Positions 1 to 10,100 of a stretch of DNA of 33,602 nucleotides are shown here, in pieces. Under the pieces are notes generated by a model. It saw nothing but the letters and a program-made list of their open reading frames with translations. It ran no database searches and was not told the DNA's origin. The stretch is from contig JBIOUD010000091.1 of NCBI GenBank assembly GCA_044866725.1, forward strand, positions 1 through 33,602, given 5' to 3'. Every line of letters starts with the position of its first letter. Position 1 is the stretch's first letter. A program made the translations under genes and the position numbers. Source of the DNA: Candidatus Limnocylindria bacterium. Lineage in GTDB: Bacteria; Chloroflexota; Limnocylindria; P2-11E.

Positions 1-815
1 CCGGTGACATTGTTCAGGACCTGCGCATTGCCGGTACGCAGGTTCGTGAGACGCACGTCAGAGTCCTGGATCGGCTTCACGATGATCTTGTCGAGGAACG
101 GAAGCTTGTTGCCCTGCGCGTCCTTGCGCCACCAATCGGGGTTCTTCTCGAGCGTGTAGTGATCGGACTTCACGGCCTCGGTGAGGATGAACGGGCCGGT
201 GCCCGCCTTGAACGGCTTGAGCGTGAAGTCGGCGCCCATGGCGTCGACGACCTTCTGCGAGACCATCATGCCCGCGCGGTCGACGAGCGCCGCGAGAAGC
301 GGCGCGAACGCCGCGCTGAGGTTGAACTTCACGGTGTAGGTGTCGACGACGTCGACGCTCGCGACCGCGGACAGGTCGCCGGTGCGCGACGAGCCGGTCG
401 TCTTGTAGCGGTCGATGTTCCACTTCACCGACGCGGCGTCGAACGCCGAACCGTCGTGGTACTTCACGCCCTGACGGAGGTTGAACGTGATCGTCTTGCC
501 ATCCGTCGAGGTCGTCCACTTCTCGGCGAGCCACGGGATGATCTCGCCCTTCGTGTTCACGCGGACGAGTGAGTCGTACATCGCGTAGTGGATGTTCCGG
601 TCGACGAAGAGCCCCGAGAGCCTTGGATCCAGGTTGCTCACGTCGTTCTCAAGCGCGAAGGTGATCGTGCCGCCGTATTTGGGTTGTGCCGCGGCACTCG
701 CGGTTGGCGCCCCGCTGCCGGTCGGTCCGGGTCCTGACGTGCTCGGGGCGCAGGCCCCCACCAGGACCGCGACCATCGCGAACAGGGCCAACGTCGATAG
801 ACGGAATCGAGCCAT
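1..815 (-). CDS. ABC transporter substrate-binding lipoprotein, family 5 (peptide/nickel; OppA/DppA-like), 3'-truncated by the window edge
   Basis: Not in the ORF track because it runs off the edge. Manual translation from ATG at 815: MARFRLSTLALFAMVAVLVGAC (lipobox) ...PKYGGTITFALENDVSNLDP...YDSLV...IIPWLAEKW...FNLRQGVKYHDGSAFDAASVKWNIDR...GTGPF, typical SBP_bac_5 motifs. A GGGAGGGG SD lies upstream. Confidence 0.9.
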   Translation of the reverse strand, partial: MARFRLSTLALFAMVAVLVGACAPSTSGPGPTGSGAPTASAAAQPKYGGTITFALENDVSNLDPRLSGLFVDRNIHYAMYDSLVRVNTKGEIIPWLAEKWTTSTDGKTITFNLRQGVKYHDGSAFDAASVKWNIDRYKTTGSSRTGDLSAVASVDVVDTYTVKFNLSAAFAPLLAALVDRAGMMVSQKVVDAMGADFTLKPFKAGTGPFILTEAVKSDHYTLEKNPDWWRKDAQGNKLPFLDKIIVKPIQDSDVRLTNLRTGNAQVLNNVT

Positions 816-847
816 TTTTAGCCCCTCCCGACCTGTTGGTCTCGTGG

Positions 848-853
848 AGCATA
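848..853 (-). promoter_or_regulatory. Putative -10 element TATGCT for the SBP gene
   Basis: TAnnnT hexamer about 33 nt upstream of ATG 815, just downstream of the terminator at 890-932. No clear -35. Confidence 0.35.
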
Positions 854-889
854 CGTCTGGCTCCGCGCAAGAGTTCAGGCTCTCGCACA

Positions 890-932
890 ACGAAAGGCCC
901 GGCGCCGGGGGTGCTTGTCCTGGCGCCGGGCC
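890..932 (-). terminator. Rho-independent terminator
   Basis: Inverted repeat ggcccggcgcc...ggcgccgggcc (896-932) followed on the minus strand by TTTCGTT, about 30 nt after the stop of the 963-1679 gene. Confidence 0.75.
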
Positions 933-962
933 ATGGCTCGCGTGATCGGCTTTTGGTGCTTG

Positions 963-1679
963 TTAGTCGTCCGCGACGGGCCTGTGCACCTCGTCCACGG
1001 TGCGCTTCTCGACGACCTCGTCGCGCTGCTCAACGCGCTCGTCGACCCGCTCGCCTCCCTTACGGCCGTAGGCGGGGATCACCGTAGGGCGTTGCCGCTC
1101 TTCCACGACACGGCGCTCCTCGCGCGCCGACACCGGCTTGTGCATCGTCACGGGCGAGCGCGCCGGCGCGACCGGTGCCACGACCATCGCTGCCTGCGAT
1201 GGCGCGAGCAGTCCGCCGAGCCAACCGCCGAAGATCGCCGCGAGGAATCCGAGGATCGCGCCGAACGACAGCGCGTTCCCGAACGAATCGATGTTCAGGT
1301 CACGCGCGCCCGGGATGATGTCGCCGAGCGAGCTGATGCCCGTGCCCGCGAGCGCGCCGGTACCGGCGAGGCCACCGACGAGCAGCACGATCAAGAGAAT
1401 GAACAGCGAGAAGAACGCCGTCATCATGCCGTGCCAGCTCGTTCGATAACCCGCCATTCGTCCAGCGACGTAGCCACCGACGACGTATGAGAGGAGGATC
1501 CCGAGGACGAACGGGACCGCCGCGACGATGTCGGTACTCGCGTACTGCGATCCGAACGCGGCGACAAGACCGGCGACGAGCGGTGCGAAGATCACTGACG
1601 CGCCGATCGTCGCGACCCATCCGCCGAGGACCGCGCCTCCTGAGGTCGCGGACTGACGGACGGCGACACGATCTGTCAT
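963..1679 (-). CDS. Membrane protein (about 4 TM, 'GGYVAGRMAG' motif; YrzE/TIGR04086-like) with a charged C-terminal tail
   Basis: 238-aa ORF with AAAGGAG SD, Gly-rich hydrophobic helices and an E/R/V-rich tail. The family assignment is tentative. Confidence 0.7.
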   Translation of the reverse strand: MTDRVAVRQSATSGGAVLGGWVATIGASVIFAPLVAGLVAAFGSQYASTDIVAAVPFVLGILLSYVVGGYVAGRMAGYRTSWHGMMTAFFSLFILLIVLLVGGLAGTGALAGTGISSLGDIIPGARDLNIDSFGNALSFGAILGFLAAIFGGWLGGLLAPSQAAMVVAPVAPARSPVTMHKPVSAREERRVVEERQRPTVIPAYGRKGGERVDERVEQRDEVVEKRTVDEVHRPVADD

Positions 1680-1755
1680 GACTGACTCCTTTCGATGAGG
1701 AAGAAGAGTTCCGCCATGACGCCATGCAACTTATGCGCCGCCGGTCGAGCGACCG

Positions 1756-2970
1756 CTAAGCGAGGGCTGCGCGCTCCCCCGCCGCTCGTGCGAGTACCGG
1801 AGCGAGGTCCAGGCGCTCCCATGGCAGGTCGAGATCCGGTCGGCCAAAGTGGCCGTATGCCGCGGTCTGCCGGTAGAGCGGCCGACGCAGGTCGAAGCGT
1901 TGGATGATCGCGCCCGGCCGGAAGTCGAAGTGGTCGTCGATGAGCCTACGGATGCGCTCGTCGGCGATCTGCCCGGTGCCGAACGTCTCGACGTTCAGCG
2001 AGATGGGGTGCGCGCCGCCAATGACGTACGCGATCTGCACCTCGAAGCGCTCCGCGAGCCCCGCCGCGACGACGTTCTTCGCGACGTAGCGCGCCGCGTA
2101 CGCGGCGGAGCGGTCGACCTTCGTCGGATCCTTCCCGCTGAACGCACCGCCACCATGGCGCGCGTAGCCGCCGTACGTGTCGACGATGATCTTGCGGCCG
2201 GTGAGTCCGGCGTCACCCATCGGGCCACCGATGGTGAACGCGCCGGTGCCGTTCACGCGGTAGATCGTGTCCTTGTCGAGCCACTTCGCGGGGATCGCCG
2301 TCTTCACGACGACCTCTTTGATGTCCGCCTCGATGCGCTGCTGCGTGACGCCGGGATCGTGCTGCGCTGCGACGACGACGGTGTGCACGCGCTTCGGCAC
2401 GCCGCGCGAATACTCGACCGTGATCTGCGACTTCCCGTCGGGACGGAGGTACGGGATCGTGCGCTTGCGCCGCGCCTCGGCAAGCCCGCGTGCGACCGCG
2501 TGCGCGAGCGTGATCGGAAGCGGCATGAGCTCCTCGGTCTCCTTGACCGCGAACCCGAACATCATCCCCTGGTCGCCCGCACCAAGCTCGTGAGGGTCTT
2601 CTCCGGAACGCGCTTCAAAGGAATCGTCGACACCCTGCGCGATCTCGGCCGACTGCTCCTTGATCGCGGTGAGGATGCCGCAGGAGTGGTAGTCGAAGCC
2701 GTACTCGGCGTCGACGTAACCGATGTCTTTCACGACGCCGCGGACGAGCGTCGGGACGTCCACCCACGCGCTCGTCGTGATCTCGCCGCAGACGAGGATC
2801 GTGCCGGTCGTCGTCGCGGTCTCGCAGGCAACGCGCGCGTTCGGGTCCTGGCGGAGGCACTCGTCGAGCATCGCGTCGGAGATCTGGTCACACAGCTTGT
2901 CGGGGTGACCCTCGGTCACCGATTCGCTTGTGAACAGCACGCGTTCGGACGTCGCGAAAGAGCTGGCCAC
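1756..2970 (-). CDS. metK: S-adenosylmethionine synthetase
   Basis: Motifs [43 protein letters not shown]. Start placed at GTG 2970, which overlaps the ahcY stop (TAGTG); the track's 2988 start is the alternative. Confidence 0.97.
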   Translation of the reverse strand: MASSFATSERVLFTSESVTEGHPDKLCDQISDAMLDECLRQDPNARVACETATTTGTILVCGEITTSAWVDVPTLVRGVVKDIGYVDAEYGFDYHSCGILTAIKEQSAEIAQGVDDSFEARSGEDPHELGAGDQGMMFGFAVKETEELMPLPITLAHAVARGLAEARRKRTIPYLRPDGKSQITVEYSRGVPKRVHTVVVAAQHDPGVTQQRIEADIKEVVVKTAIPAKWLDKDTIYRVNGTGAFTIGGPMGDAGLTGRKIIVDTYGGYARHGGGAFSGKDPTKVDRSAAYAARYVAKNVVAAGLAERFEVQIAYVIGGAHPISLNVETFGTGQIADERIRRLIDDHFDFRPGAIIQRFDLRRPLYRQTAAYGHFGRPDLDLPWERLDLAPVLARAAGERAALA

Positions 2971-4244
2971 TAGGTTCCCGCCTTCCACGAGCTGGTGTAG
3001 GCCTTCTGCTCGTCGGTCATCGTGTCGATCTTCATGTCCATCGCCGCGATCTTCGCGCGGGCGATCTGCTCGTCGAGCTCACGCGGCACAGGGTAGACCT
3101 GCGGCGCGAGTGTCTTGCCCTCCTTGAGCATGTACTCCGCAGAGAGCGCCTGGTTCGCGAACGACATGTCCATGACGGCCGGTGGATGCCCCTCCGCCGC
3201 GGAGAGGTTCACGAGCCGCCCGTCCGCGAGGACGACGACGCTCCGGCCGTCGCGCAGGCGGTATTCGCTCACGAACGGCCGCAGCTCGCGGCAGCCCGAG
3301 GCGAGCGTGTTGATCGTCGCGAGGTCGATCTCGTCGTTGAAGTGCCCGGCGTTGGCAACGATCGCGCCGTCCTTCAGCCTCGCGATGGCCTCCTTGCCGA
3401 TGACGTTCACGTTCCCGGTGCAGGTGATGAAGAGGTCGCCGCGCGGAGCGGCCTCGGCCATCGACGTGACCTCGAAGCCGTCCATGGCGGCCTCGAGCGC
3501 TCGGAACGGATCGACCTCGGTCACGATCGTGATCGCGCCCATGCCGCGCAGGCGTGTCGCGACACCGCGTCCGACCCAGCCGTAGCCGGCGACCACCGCG
3601 GTCTTGCCCGCGAGGAGGAGGTTCGTCGCGCGGAGGACGCCGTCGACCGCCGACTGCCCGGTGCCGTAGCGGTTGTCGAAGAAGTGCTTGGTGAGGGCGT
3701 CGTTCACCGCGATGATCGGATACGCGAGGACGCCCTCGCTCGCCATCGCGCGCAGGCGCGTCACGCCGGTCGTCGTCTCCTCGGTACCGCCGCGCACGTC
3801 CTTCAGGAGATCGCGCTTCTTCGTGTGCAGCTCGGTCACGAGGTCGGCACCGTCGTCCATCGTCATCTGCGGCTTCGTCGCGAGGACCGCGTTGATGTGC
3901 GAGTAATACGTGTCGCGGTCCTCGCCCTTGCGCGCGAAGACGCTGATGCCGTCGTTCGCGACGAGCGACGCCGCGACGTCGTCCTGCGTCGAGAGCGGGT
4001 TCGACGCGCAGAGCGCCAGCTCGGCTCCGCCGGCCTTCAGCGTGAGCATGAGGTTCGCGGTCTCGGCGGTGACGTGCAGGCACGCGCCGATGCGCAGCCC
4101 CGCGAGCGGACGCTCCTTCGCGAACCGCGCGGTGATCGCCGCGAGGACGGGCATCTCGCGCGCCGCCCACTGGATGCGGCGCTCGCCGGCGCCGGCCTGG
4201 CCGATGTCCGAAACGTCGTGCTTCGGGGCTGTCGCTGTGGTCAT
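2970..4244 (-). CDS. ahcY: S-adenosylhomocysteine hydrolase (short form)
   Basis: Motifs [59 protein letters not shown]. Confidence 0.97.
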   Translation of the reverse strand: MTTATAPKHDVSDIGQAGAGERRIQWAAREMPVLAAITARFAKERPLAGLRIGACLHVTAETANLMLTLKAGGAELALCASNPLSTQDDVAASLVANDGISVFARKGEDRDTYYSHINAVLATKPQMTMDDGADLVTELHTKKRDLLKDVRGGTEETTTGVTRLRAMASEGVLAYPIIAVNDALTKHFFDNRYGTGQSAVDGVLRATNLLLAGKTAVVAGYGWVGRGVATRLRGMGAITIVTEVDPFRALEAAMDGFEVTSMAEAAPRGDLFITCTGNVNVIGKEAIARLKDGAIVANAGHFNDEIDLATINTLASGCRELRPFVSEYRLRDGRSVVVLADGRLVNLSAAEGHPPAVMDMSFANQALSAEYMLKEGKTLAPQVYPVPRELDEQIARAKIAAMDMKIDTMTDEQKAYTSSWKAGT

Positions 4245-5068
4245 CTGATCCTCCCAAGAAGTCGATCGAATGCGCTTCGGCGCACGGCCGGCCCTTCGAT
4301 GAACTGCGCATGCCTGCGATAGCCGAGGCGTGTGTAGACGGCTATGGCCGGCGTGTTGTCCTGGCGCACGTTGAGCACGACGTCGGCGTGCTGCTCGAGC
4401 GCCGCTGTGGTCACCGCCGAGGTGACGGACGTGGCCATTCCGCGGTCGCGGTACGAGAGACGCGTGAGCACGTTGCCGACGGCGGCCACGCCCGAGCGCG
4501 TCGAGCGCACGTGCGTGCCGGCGGCGGACACGAGGTTCGAGCCCGAGTAGATGCCGAAGTAGATCTCGCGCGCGAGGCGGTCGGGTGTGAAGTACTGACG
4601 CGAGGCGTGCCCGTAGAGGTCGATGACGTCCTCGAGCTCGTCCGGAGTCAGGCGCGTCACGGTGTGGGTCACGCGCGGCCGGAACCGCTCAATGTTGACC
4701 ACCATCCGGTCCATGCGGTCGACGCGCTCGAAGCGATACGTGCTCTCCACGGCGATGCGACCAGGCGGAGGCGTAGAGACGACAAGGCGCGGCTCGCGGA
4801 GCCCCTCACGGAAGATCGCCGAGAGCGCCTCGGTCTCCCCCATCGCGAAGCACGGACGGAACGGCAGTGCCTCGACGACGAGCGCCGCGGCGACGATCGC
4901 GTCGGCGCGCGCCGCGGTCCACCAGCGGGCGTGCTCGATGTCCGCCGCGTCGAGGTCGGCGAGCGCGTACGCCGCGAGCAGCCGGTCCTGCATGAAGAAC
5001 GCGCGGACCGACGCGGGAGGCGTCTGTTCGGCGATCTGGAGCTCTGGCAGGAGCGGGGCCGCGGTCAT
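4241..5068 (-). CDS. GNAT-family N-acetyltransferase (C-terminal FR47-like domain)
   Basis: Acetyl-CoA motif VGNVLT...YRDRGMAT and LNV..DN.PAIAVY.RLGY. AAGGAGG SD upstream; ATGA overlap with ahcY. Confidence 0.85.
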   Translation of the reverse strand: MTAAPLLPELQIAEQTPPASVRAFFMQDRLLAAYALADLDAADIEHARWWTAARADAIVAAALVVEALPFRPCFAMGETEALSAIFREGLREPRLVVSTPPPGRIAVESTYRFERVDRMDRMVVNIERFRPRVTHTVTRLTPDELEDVIDLYGHASRQYFTPDRLAREIYFGIYSGSNLVSAAGTHVRSTRSGVAAVGNVLTRLSYRDRGMATSVTSAVTTAALEQHADVVLNVRQDNTPAIAVYTRLGYRRHAQFIEGPAVRRSAFDRLLGRIR

Positions 5069-5152
5069 CGGTCCTCCTTATCTAAAGGACCAAGCGGGCC
5101 TCCGCCGGTCTGATTGCGAAAGGTCATGGAACGAATCGCCGTCCGGCGAGCG
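5069..5152 (-). promoter_or_regulatory. Structured 5' leader with mutually exclusive hairpins over the SD (candidate cis-regulatory RNA)
   Basis: On the minus strand GGUCCU (5091-5086) pairs with AGGACC (5075-5070), occluding the SD, or GACCGGCGG (5110-5102) pairs with CCGCUUGGUC (5097-5088). An extra hairpin UCGCC-GGAC-GGCGA lies at 5149-5136. Confidence 0.4.
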
Positions 5153-5680
5153 CTAGTAGCTGATTAGTGTAACGACGTCGTAGCCGCCGAGCTTGTCGCG
5201 CCCCTTGAGCGCGGTCAGCTCGATGAGGAAGGCACAGGCGACGATCTCGCCCTGGAGCTGCTTCACGAGCTCGATGGTGCCGGCGACGGTGCCGCCCGTG
5301 GCGAGGAGGTCGTCGACGATGAGGACCTTCGCGCCCGGCCGGATCGCGTCCTTGTGCATCTCCAGCGTGGCCGAGCCGTACTCGAGGTCGTACTCGACGG
5401 ACACGACATCGGCCGGCAGCTTACCGAGCTTGCGCACCGGGACGAACCCGACGCCGCGCTTGTATGCGATCGGCGCGCCGAAGATGAAGCCGCGCGACTC
5501 CATGCCGACGACGCAGTCCACGGTGCGCTTTCCGATCTTGTCGTCCAGACCGTCGATGGCCGCCTTGAGCGAGTCGCCGTCCTTCAGGAGCGTGGTGATG
5601 TCCTTGAAGAGGATGCCCGGCTTCGGAAAATCGGGGATGTCGCGGATGGTCTTCGCGAGGTCCTTCGAGGTAGTCGGCAC
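5153..5680 (-). CDS. apt: Adenine phosphoribosyltransferase
   Basis: Motifs IRDIPDFPKPGILFKDIT, ESRGF, VRKLGKLP, YDLEYG, and PRPP-binding VDDLLATGGT. Confidence 0.97.
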   Translation of the reverse strand: MPTTSKDLAKTIRDIPDFPKPGILFKDITTLLKDGDSLKAAIDGLDDKIGKRTVDCVVGMESRGFIFGAPIAYKRGVGFVPVRKLGKLPADVVSVEYDLEYGSATLEMHKDAIRPGAKVLIVDDLLATGGTVAGTIELVKQLQGEIVACAFLIELTALKGRDKLGGYDVVTLISY

Positions 5681-5689
5681 GTCCGAAGG

Positions 5690-6301
5690 TTACCGCTCCG
5701 CAGGACGGTCCGCGACGTGCGTGCTCTCGAAGAGTCGATCGATGCGTCCGCGCTCGCCGTCGCTGACGACGACCGTGACCGCCGTGTTCGTCTGCCGCGA
5801 GGCGTCGAGCTTCGGAAGGATGCCCAGGTAGTGCGACACGAGGATGCGCGTGACGCCACCGTGGGCAATGACGAGCACCGTGCCGCCGGGCGACTCGCGA
5901 TGCAGGCGGCGGATCGCGCGTAGACCGCGCTCGAGGATCTGCTCGAGCGACTCGCCACCCTTCCACGACACAAAGCCCTCATCGGACCACTCCGGCAGTC
6001 CTTTGATCTCGTCGAAGAGGGCGCCCTGCTTCTCGCCGACGTCGATCTCGATGAGGTCCCGCACCACGTCGACCGGCATCCGTCGACGTCGCGCGATCAC
6101 GAGCGCCGTATCGAGCGAGCGCGACAGCGGCGTCGCGACGATGCGGTCGAACGGCACATCGTCCAGCGCATCGGCGACCGTTTCGGCCTGCCGGCGTCCG
6201 AGATCGGTCAATGGGCTATCGAAGCGACCGGAGAAACGACGCGCGACATTCGCCTCGCTCTCGCCGTGACGGACGAAGAAGAACGTCGTGGGTTCAGTCA
6301 G
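5690..6301 (-). CDS. Histidine phosphatase (phosphoglycerate mutase-like) family protein, probable CTG start
   Basis: The frame extends upstream of the track's TTG (6211) to include the catalytic FFVRHGESEAN motif. Later motifs are LIEIDVG and VLVIAHGG. There is an in-frame TGA at 6317-6319 and no ATG/GTG/TTG before RHG; CTG is at 6301. Confidence 0.85.
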   Translation of the reverse strand: MTEPTTFFFVRHGESEANVARRFSGRFDSPLTDLGRRQAETVADALDDVPFDRIVATPLSRSLDTALVIARRRRMPVDVVRDLIEIDVGEKQGALFDEIKGLPEWSDEGFVSWKGGESLEQILERGLRAIRRLHRESPGGTVLVIAHGGVTRILVSHYLGILPKLDASRQTNTAVTVVVSDGERGRIDRLFESTHVADRPAER

Positions 6302-6303
6302 TG

Positions 6304-6507
6304 CTACGGCGCAAGGTCACGGTCTCGCTGCGAGGCCGCGCGCTTGATCTCCTCTTCCGCGACATGGCTGTCGAGTCGGTGACCGCCGCCGGTGGTGTCG
6401 ATCCACGGCCAGAACGAGATGATGCGGCTGCCGCGAGTCCTGCCGAGCACGATGACGGATACGAGCACCGCGACCACGAAGCCGATGAAGACCCACAGGA
6501 TGTCCAC
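6304..6507 (-). CDS. Small single-TM membrane protein (67 aa)
   Basis: N-terminal hydrophobic helix ILWVFIGFVVAVLVSVIVL; fills the gap between two co-oriented genes (12 nt and 2 nt spacing); GC3-rich codons. Confidence 0.7.
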   Translation of the reverse strand: MDILWVFIGFVVAVLVSVIVLGRTRGSRIISFWPWIDTTGGGHRLDSHVAEEEIKRAASQRDRDLAP

Positions 6508-6519
6508 GTGTGTACGGTC

Positions 6520-7140
6520 TCACACGCCGAGCAGGGATGCGACCTCGGCCCACCCGCTCACGCGCGTGATGCGCTCATGTTCGACGTCGCGGTTCCACGG
6601 GTGGTCGAAGAGCAAGACGCGGACGCCGGCGGCCGCGAGGCTACGCGCGATGAGGTCGTCGTCCTCGCAGAACACGTCGAGCCCGAGCTCGAGCGCGAGA
6701 CGCGTCTTGTACGCCGCGGAGCTGTGCGGGTCGTACCGGCCACGCGGATGGTCGGGGTTGAACTCGCCGTGCGGCTTCAGGTGCACGGCCTTCGCGTAGT
6801 CGAGGATCCGCTTCTCGCGCAGCCACGTCTCGGTCACCATGCGGCGCCGCTCAGCGCGCGCGGTGACGAAGTAGATCTCGTGTCCCTGCTGGACGAGGCG
6901 CTCGAGGACGACCGGGCAATCCTGATAGATGTCCAGCGTGCTGAAGAAGGTGCCGTCGTACAGCTTGATGCGGAACCGGTCGCGCTCCTCGGCGGTCACG
7001 TGGCGATCCATGTCCCGCAGCAGGTGCCAGCCGATCTCCTTCTCGTCCGGGAGTTCGACGTTGTACTCCTTCGCGAAGCGCCGCAGATACGGGACCGCGC
7101 AGACCGCGACGACGTCGTCGAGATCGATGCCGATACGCAT
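6520..7140 (-). CDS. HAD-superfamily 5'(3')-nucleotidase-like protein (NT5C/YqfW-like)
   Basis: Motif I IGIDLDDV, motif II FVTAR, acidic EDD motif and LFDHPWNR. TGATG overlap with mfd. Confidence 0.85.
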   Translation of the reverse strand: MRIGIDLDDVVAVCAVPYLRRFAKEYNVELPDEKEIGWHLLRDMDRHVTAEERDRFRIKLYDGTFFSTLDIYQDCPVVLERLVQQGHEIYFVTARAERRRMVTETWLREKRILDYAKAVHLKPHGEFNPDHPRGRYDPHSSAAYKTRLALELGLDVFCEDDDLIARSLAAAGVRVLLFDHPWNRDVEHERITRVSGWAEVASLLGV

Positions 7141-10100
7141 CAGGCGACGAGGTCCAGCAGCCGCGTGAGCGCGTCCCGCCAGTCGCCGCGCACGTCGAGC
7201 ACGTTCACCCGCACCTGACGCTGTCCGGCCTGCGCCTTCGGGAACGCGCGCGCGACGGCAGCGCGCCGCTCGGGCGTGAGGTCTGTGCCGAGCACGAGAC
7301 GCAGCTCCGGTCCGCGCGCTCTTACCTCGGTCGCGCCGGCCGTGACGGCACGCAGCTTCACCTCGACGCCGTAGAGCAGATTGCGCACCGGCTCGGGCGG
7401 CGGGCCGTAGCGGTCGCGCAGCTCGTCGCGCAGCGCGCCGAGCTCCTCGAGCGAACGCAGCTCCGCGATGCGGCGGTACAGCTCGAGCTTGCGCTGGCGG
7501 CTCGGCACGTATTCGTCAGGGATCGCCGTCGAGAGCGCGAGATCGACGACGACTTCGGGCAGGTCGGCCTGCCGCGGTGCTCCGCGCTCAATGTTCACGG
7601 CCTCCTCGAGCATCTGTGTGTACAGCTCGAAGCCGACCGCTGCGACGTGGCCGTGCTGCTCCGCGCCGAGGATGTTCCCGGCGCCGCGGATCTCGAGATC
7701 GTGCATCGCGATCTTGAAGCCGGCGCCGAGCTCGGACGCCTCGAACACCGCCTGGAGTCTTTTGCGCGCGTCCTCGGTGAGCTGCTCCTCCTTCGTGTGG
7801 AGCAGGTACGCGTAGGCCTTCTGATCGCTGCGGCCGACGCGACCCCGCAGCTGATAGAGCTGCGCGAGTCCGAGCTGACCCGCTCGGTTGATGACGATCG
7901 TGTTCACGTTCGGGATGTCGAGCCCCGATTCGATGATCGTCGTGCACACGAGCACATCGTGCTCGGCATCGGCGAACTCGACCATGACGCGTTCCAGCTT
8001 CCGTTCATCCATCTGGCCGTGCGCGACGACGAAGCGCGCCTTCGGCACGAGCGCGCGCAGGCGCTGCGTCTCGTGCTCGATGCCCTGCACGCGGTTGTGG
8101 ACGTAGTAGACCTGCCCGCCGCGGTCGAGCTCGCGAAGCATCGCCTCGCGGAGGATGTCGTCGCTCCGCTCGACGACGTGCGTCTCGATCGGCTGCCGCG
8201 ATTCCGGCGGCGTCTCGATGACGCTGATGTCGCGCACGCCAGAGAGCGCCATGTGCATCGTCCGCGGGATCGGCGTCGCGGTCATCGAAAGGACGTGCAC
8301 CTCGGTGCGGAGCTGCTTGAGGCGCTCCTTGTGCTTCACGCCGAAGCGGTGCTCCTCGTCGATGACGAGCAGCCCGAGGTCGCGGAACTTCACGTCCTTC
8401 TGCAGGAGGCGATGCGTCCCGATGACGACATCGGCCTCGCCGCGCTCGATGTCCCACACGACCTCGCGCTGCTCGGCCGGGGTCTTGAAGCGCGAGAGCA
8501 TCGCGACGCGCACGGGGAACGTCTCGAGGCGCTCGACGAACGTCTCGTAGTGCTGCTGCGCGAGCACCGTCGTCGGCACGAGCACGGCGACCTGCTTGCC
8601 GTCCTGCACCGCCTTGAACGCGGCGCGTAGCGCGACCTCGGTCTTGCCGTACCCGACGTCGCCGACGACGAGCCGGTCCATCGGCCGGCCGCGCTCCATG
8701 TCCTTCTTCGTGTCCTCGATCGCCTGCAGCTGATCGGGCGTCTCGGTGTACGGGAACGCGTTCTCCATCTCGATCTGCCACGGCGTGTCGCGCCCGAAGG
8801 AGTGCGCGTGCACGGTCTCGCGCGCCGCGTACAGCTTCAGCAGCTCGCGCGCGATGTCCTCGACGGCCTTCTGCGCCTTCCGCTTCGTCGCGGCCCACTC
8901 GCGCCCGCCGAGCGCGGAGAGCGCGGGCGGCGTGCCGCCGATGTACCGCGTCACGCGATCGACGCGCTCGGTCGGCAGCGCGACGACGTCCGTGCCTGCG
9001 AAGCGCAGCTCGAGGTACTCGCGCACGACGCCGGCGATCTGCTTCGTGATGAACCGCTCGAACCGCGCGATGCCGTGCTCCTCGTGCACGACGTGGTCGC
9101 CGGGTTTCAGGTCCGAGAGGAACGAGCCGACCGCGACGCGCCGGCGGCGCCGTTCGGGATGCCGCGGCTTGCGAAAGCCGAAGACCTCGGCGTCGGTGAA
9201 CACCCGGAGCCCGAGCTCCGGCACGGTGAAGCCTTCCGCGAGCGGCACGCGCGCGAGCTCGAGCGAGCCCGGCGCCGGTGGCTCGGCGATCGTGTCGTGG
9301 GGCGTCGCGGTGACGCCGCGGTCGGCGAGGAGCTCCGCGAGACGCGCGGCCTGTGGCGTCGCGATGAGCCGGATGTCGCGCTCGTTCGCCGCGCGTGCCG
9401 CCACCTCGCGGAGGAACGCGTCGAGCCGGCCCGCGAATGACGTGACCCCACCCCAGCCGAGCCGCAGCTGGTCCGCGCCGGGCGCGACCCGGATGCTGCC
9501 CCGCAGCCCCGCGGCCTCCTCGATCGCCGAGCGCGGAACGTACGGCGGCGGGAAGGCCGGCGTCGGCAGACCCTGGCTCCGCAGCTCCTCGCGACGCTCG
9601 TCGGCCTGCGCCTCGTGCGCGTCGTGCGCGAGCTCGAGCTCGACGGAGTCCTCGAAGATGACCGTCGCGCGCGCGGGCAGATGGTCGAGGAGCGATGCGG
9701 TCGCGCCGAGCGATGGCGCGAATGCGTGGAGGCCCGGCGCGTCCCGGCCTTCCCGCAGCGCATCGACGATCGACGCGTACGGCCGCAGCTCGTCGTTCTC
9801 GCGATCGATCTCGTCCCAGCCGCCCTCGCCGAGGTGCGCCGCGACCTCCGACGCGAGCTCGAGCGAATACTCGCGCGCCGGCAGGACGTCGACGGCCTCG
9901 AGCTCGTCCTGCGAGCGCTGAGTGACGGGATCGAACGTGCGCAGCGTCTCGATGTCGTCGCCGAAGAGCTCGACGCGGATCGGCATCGTCGCGGATGCCG
10001 GGTACACGTCGAGGATGCCGCCGCGACGCGAGAACGTGCCGGGCTCGCTGACCTCCGCGACCGGCTCGTATCCGAGGTCGAACAGCCACGCCGCGGTCTC

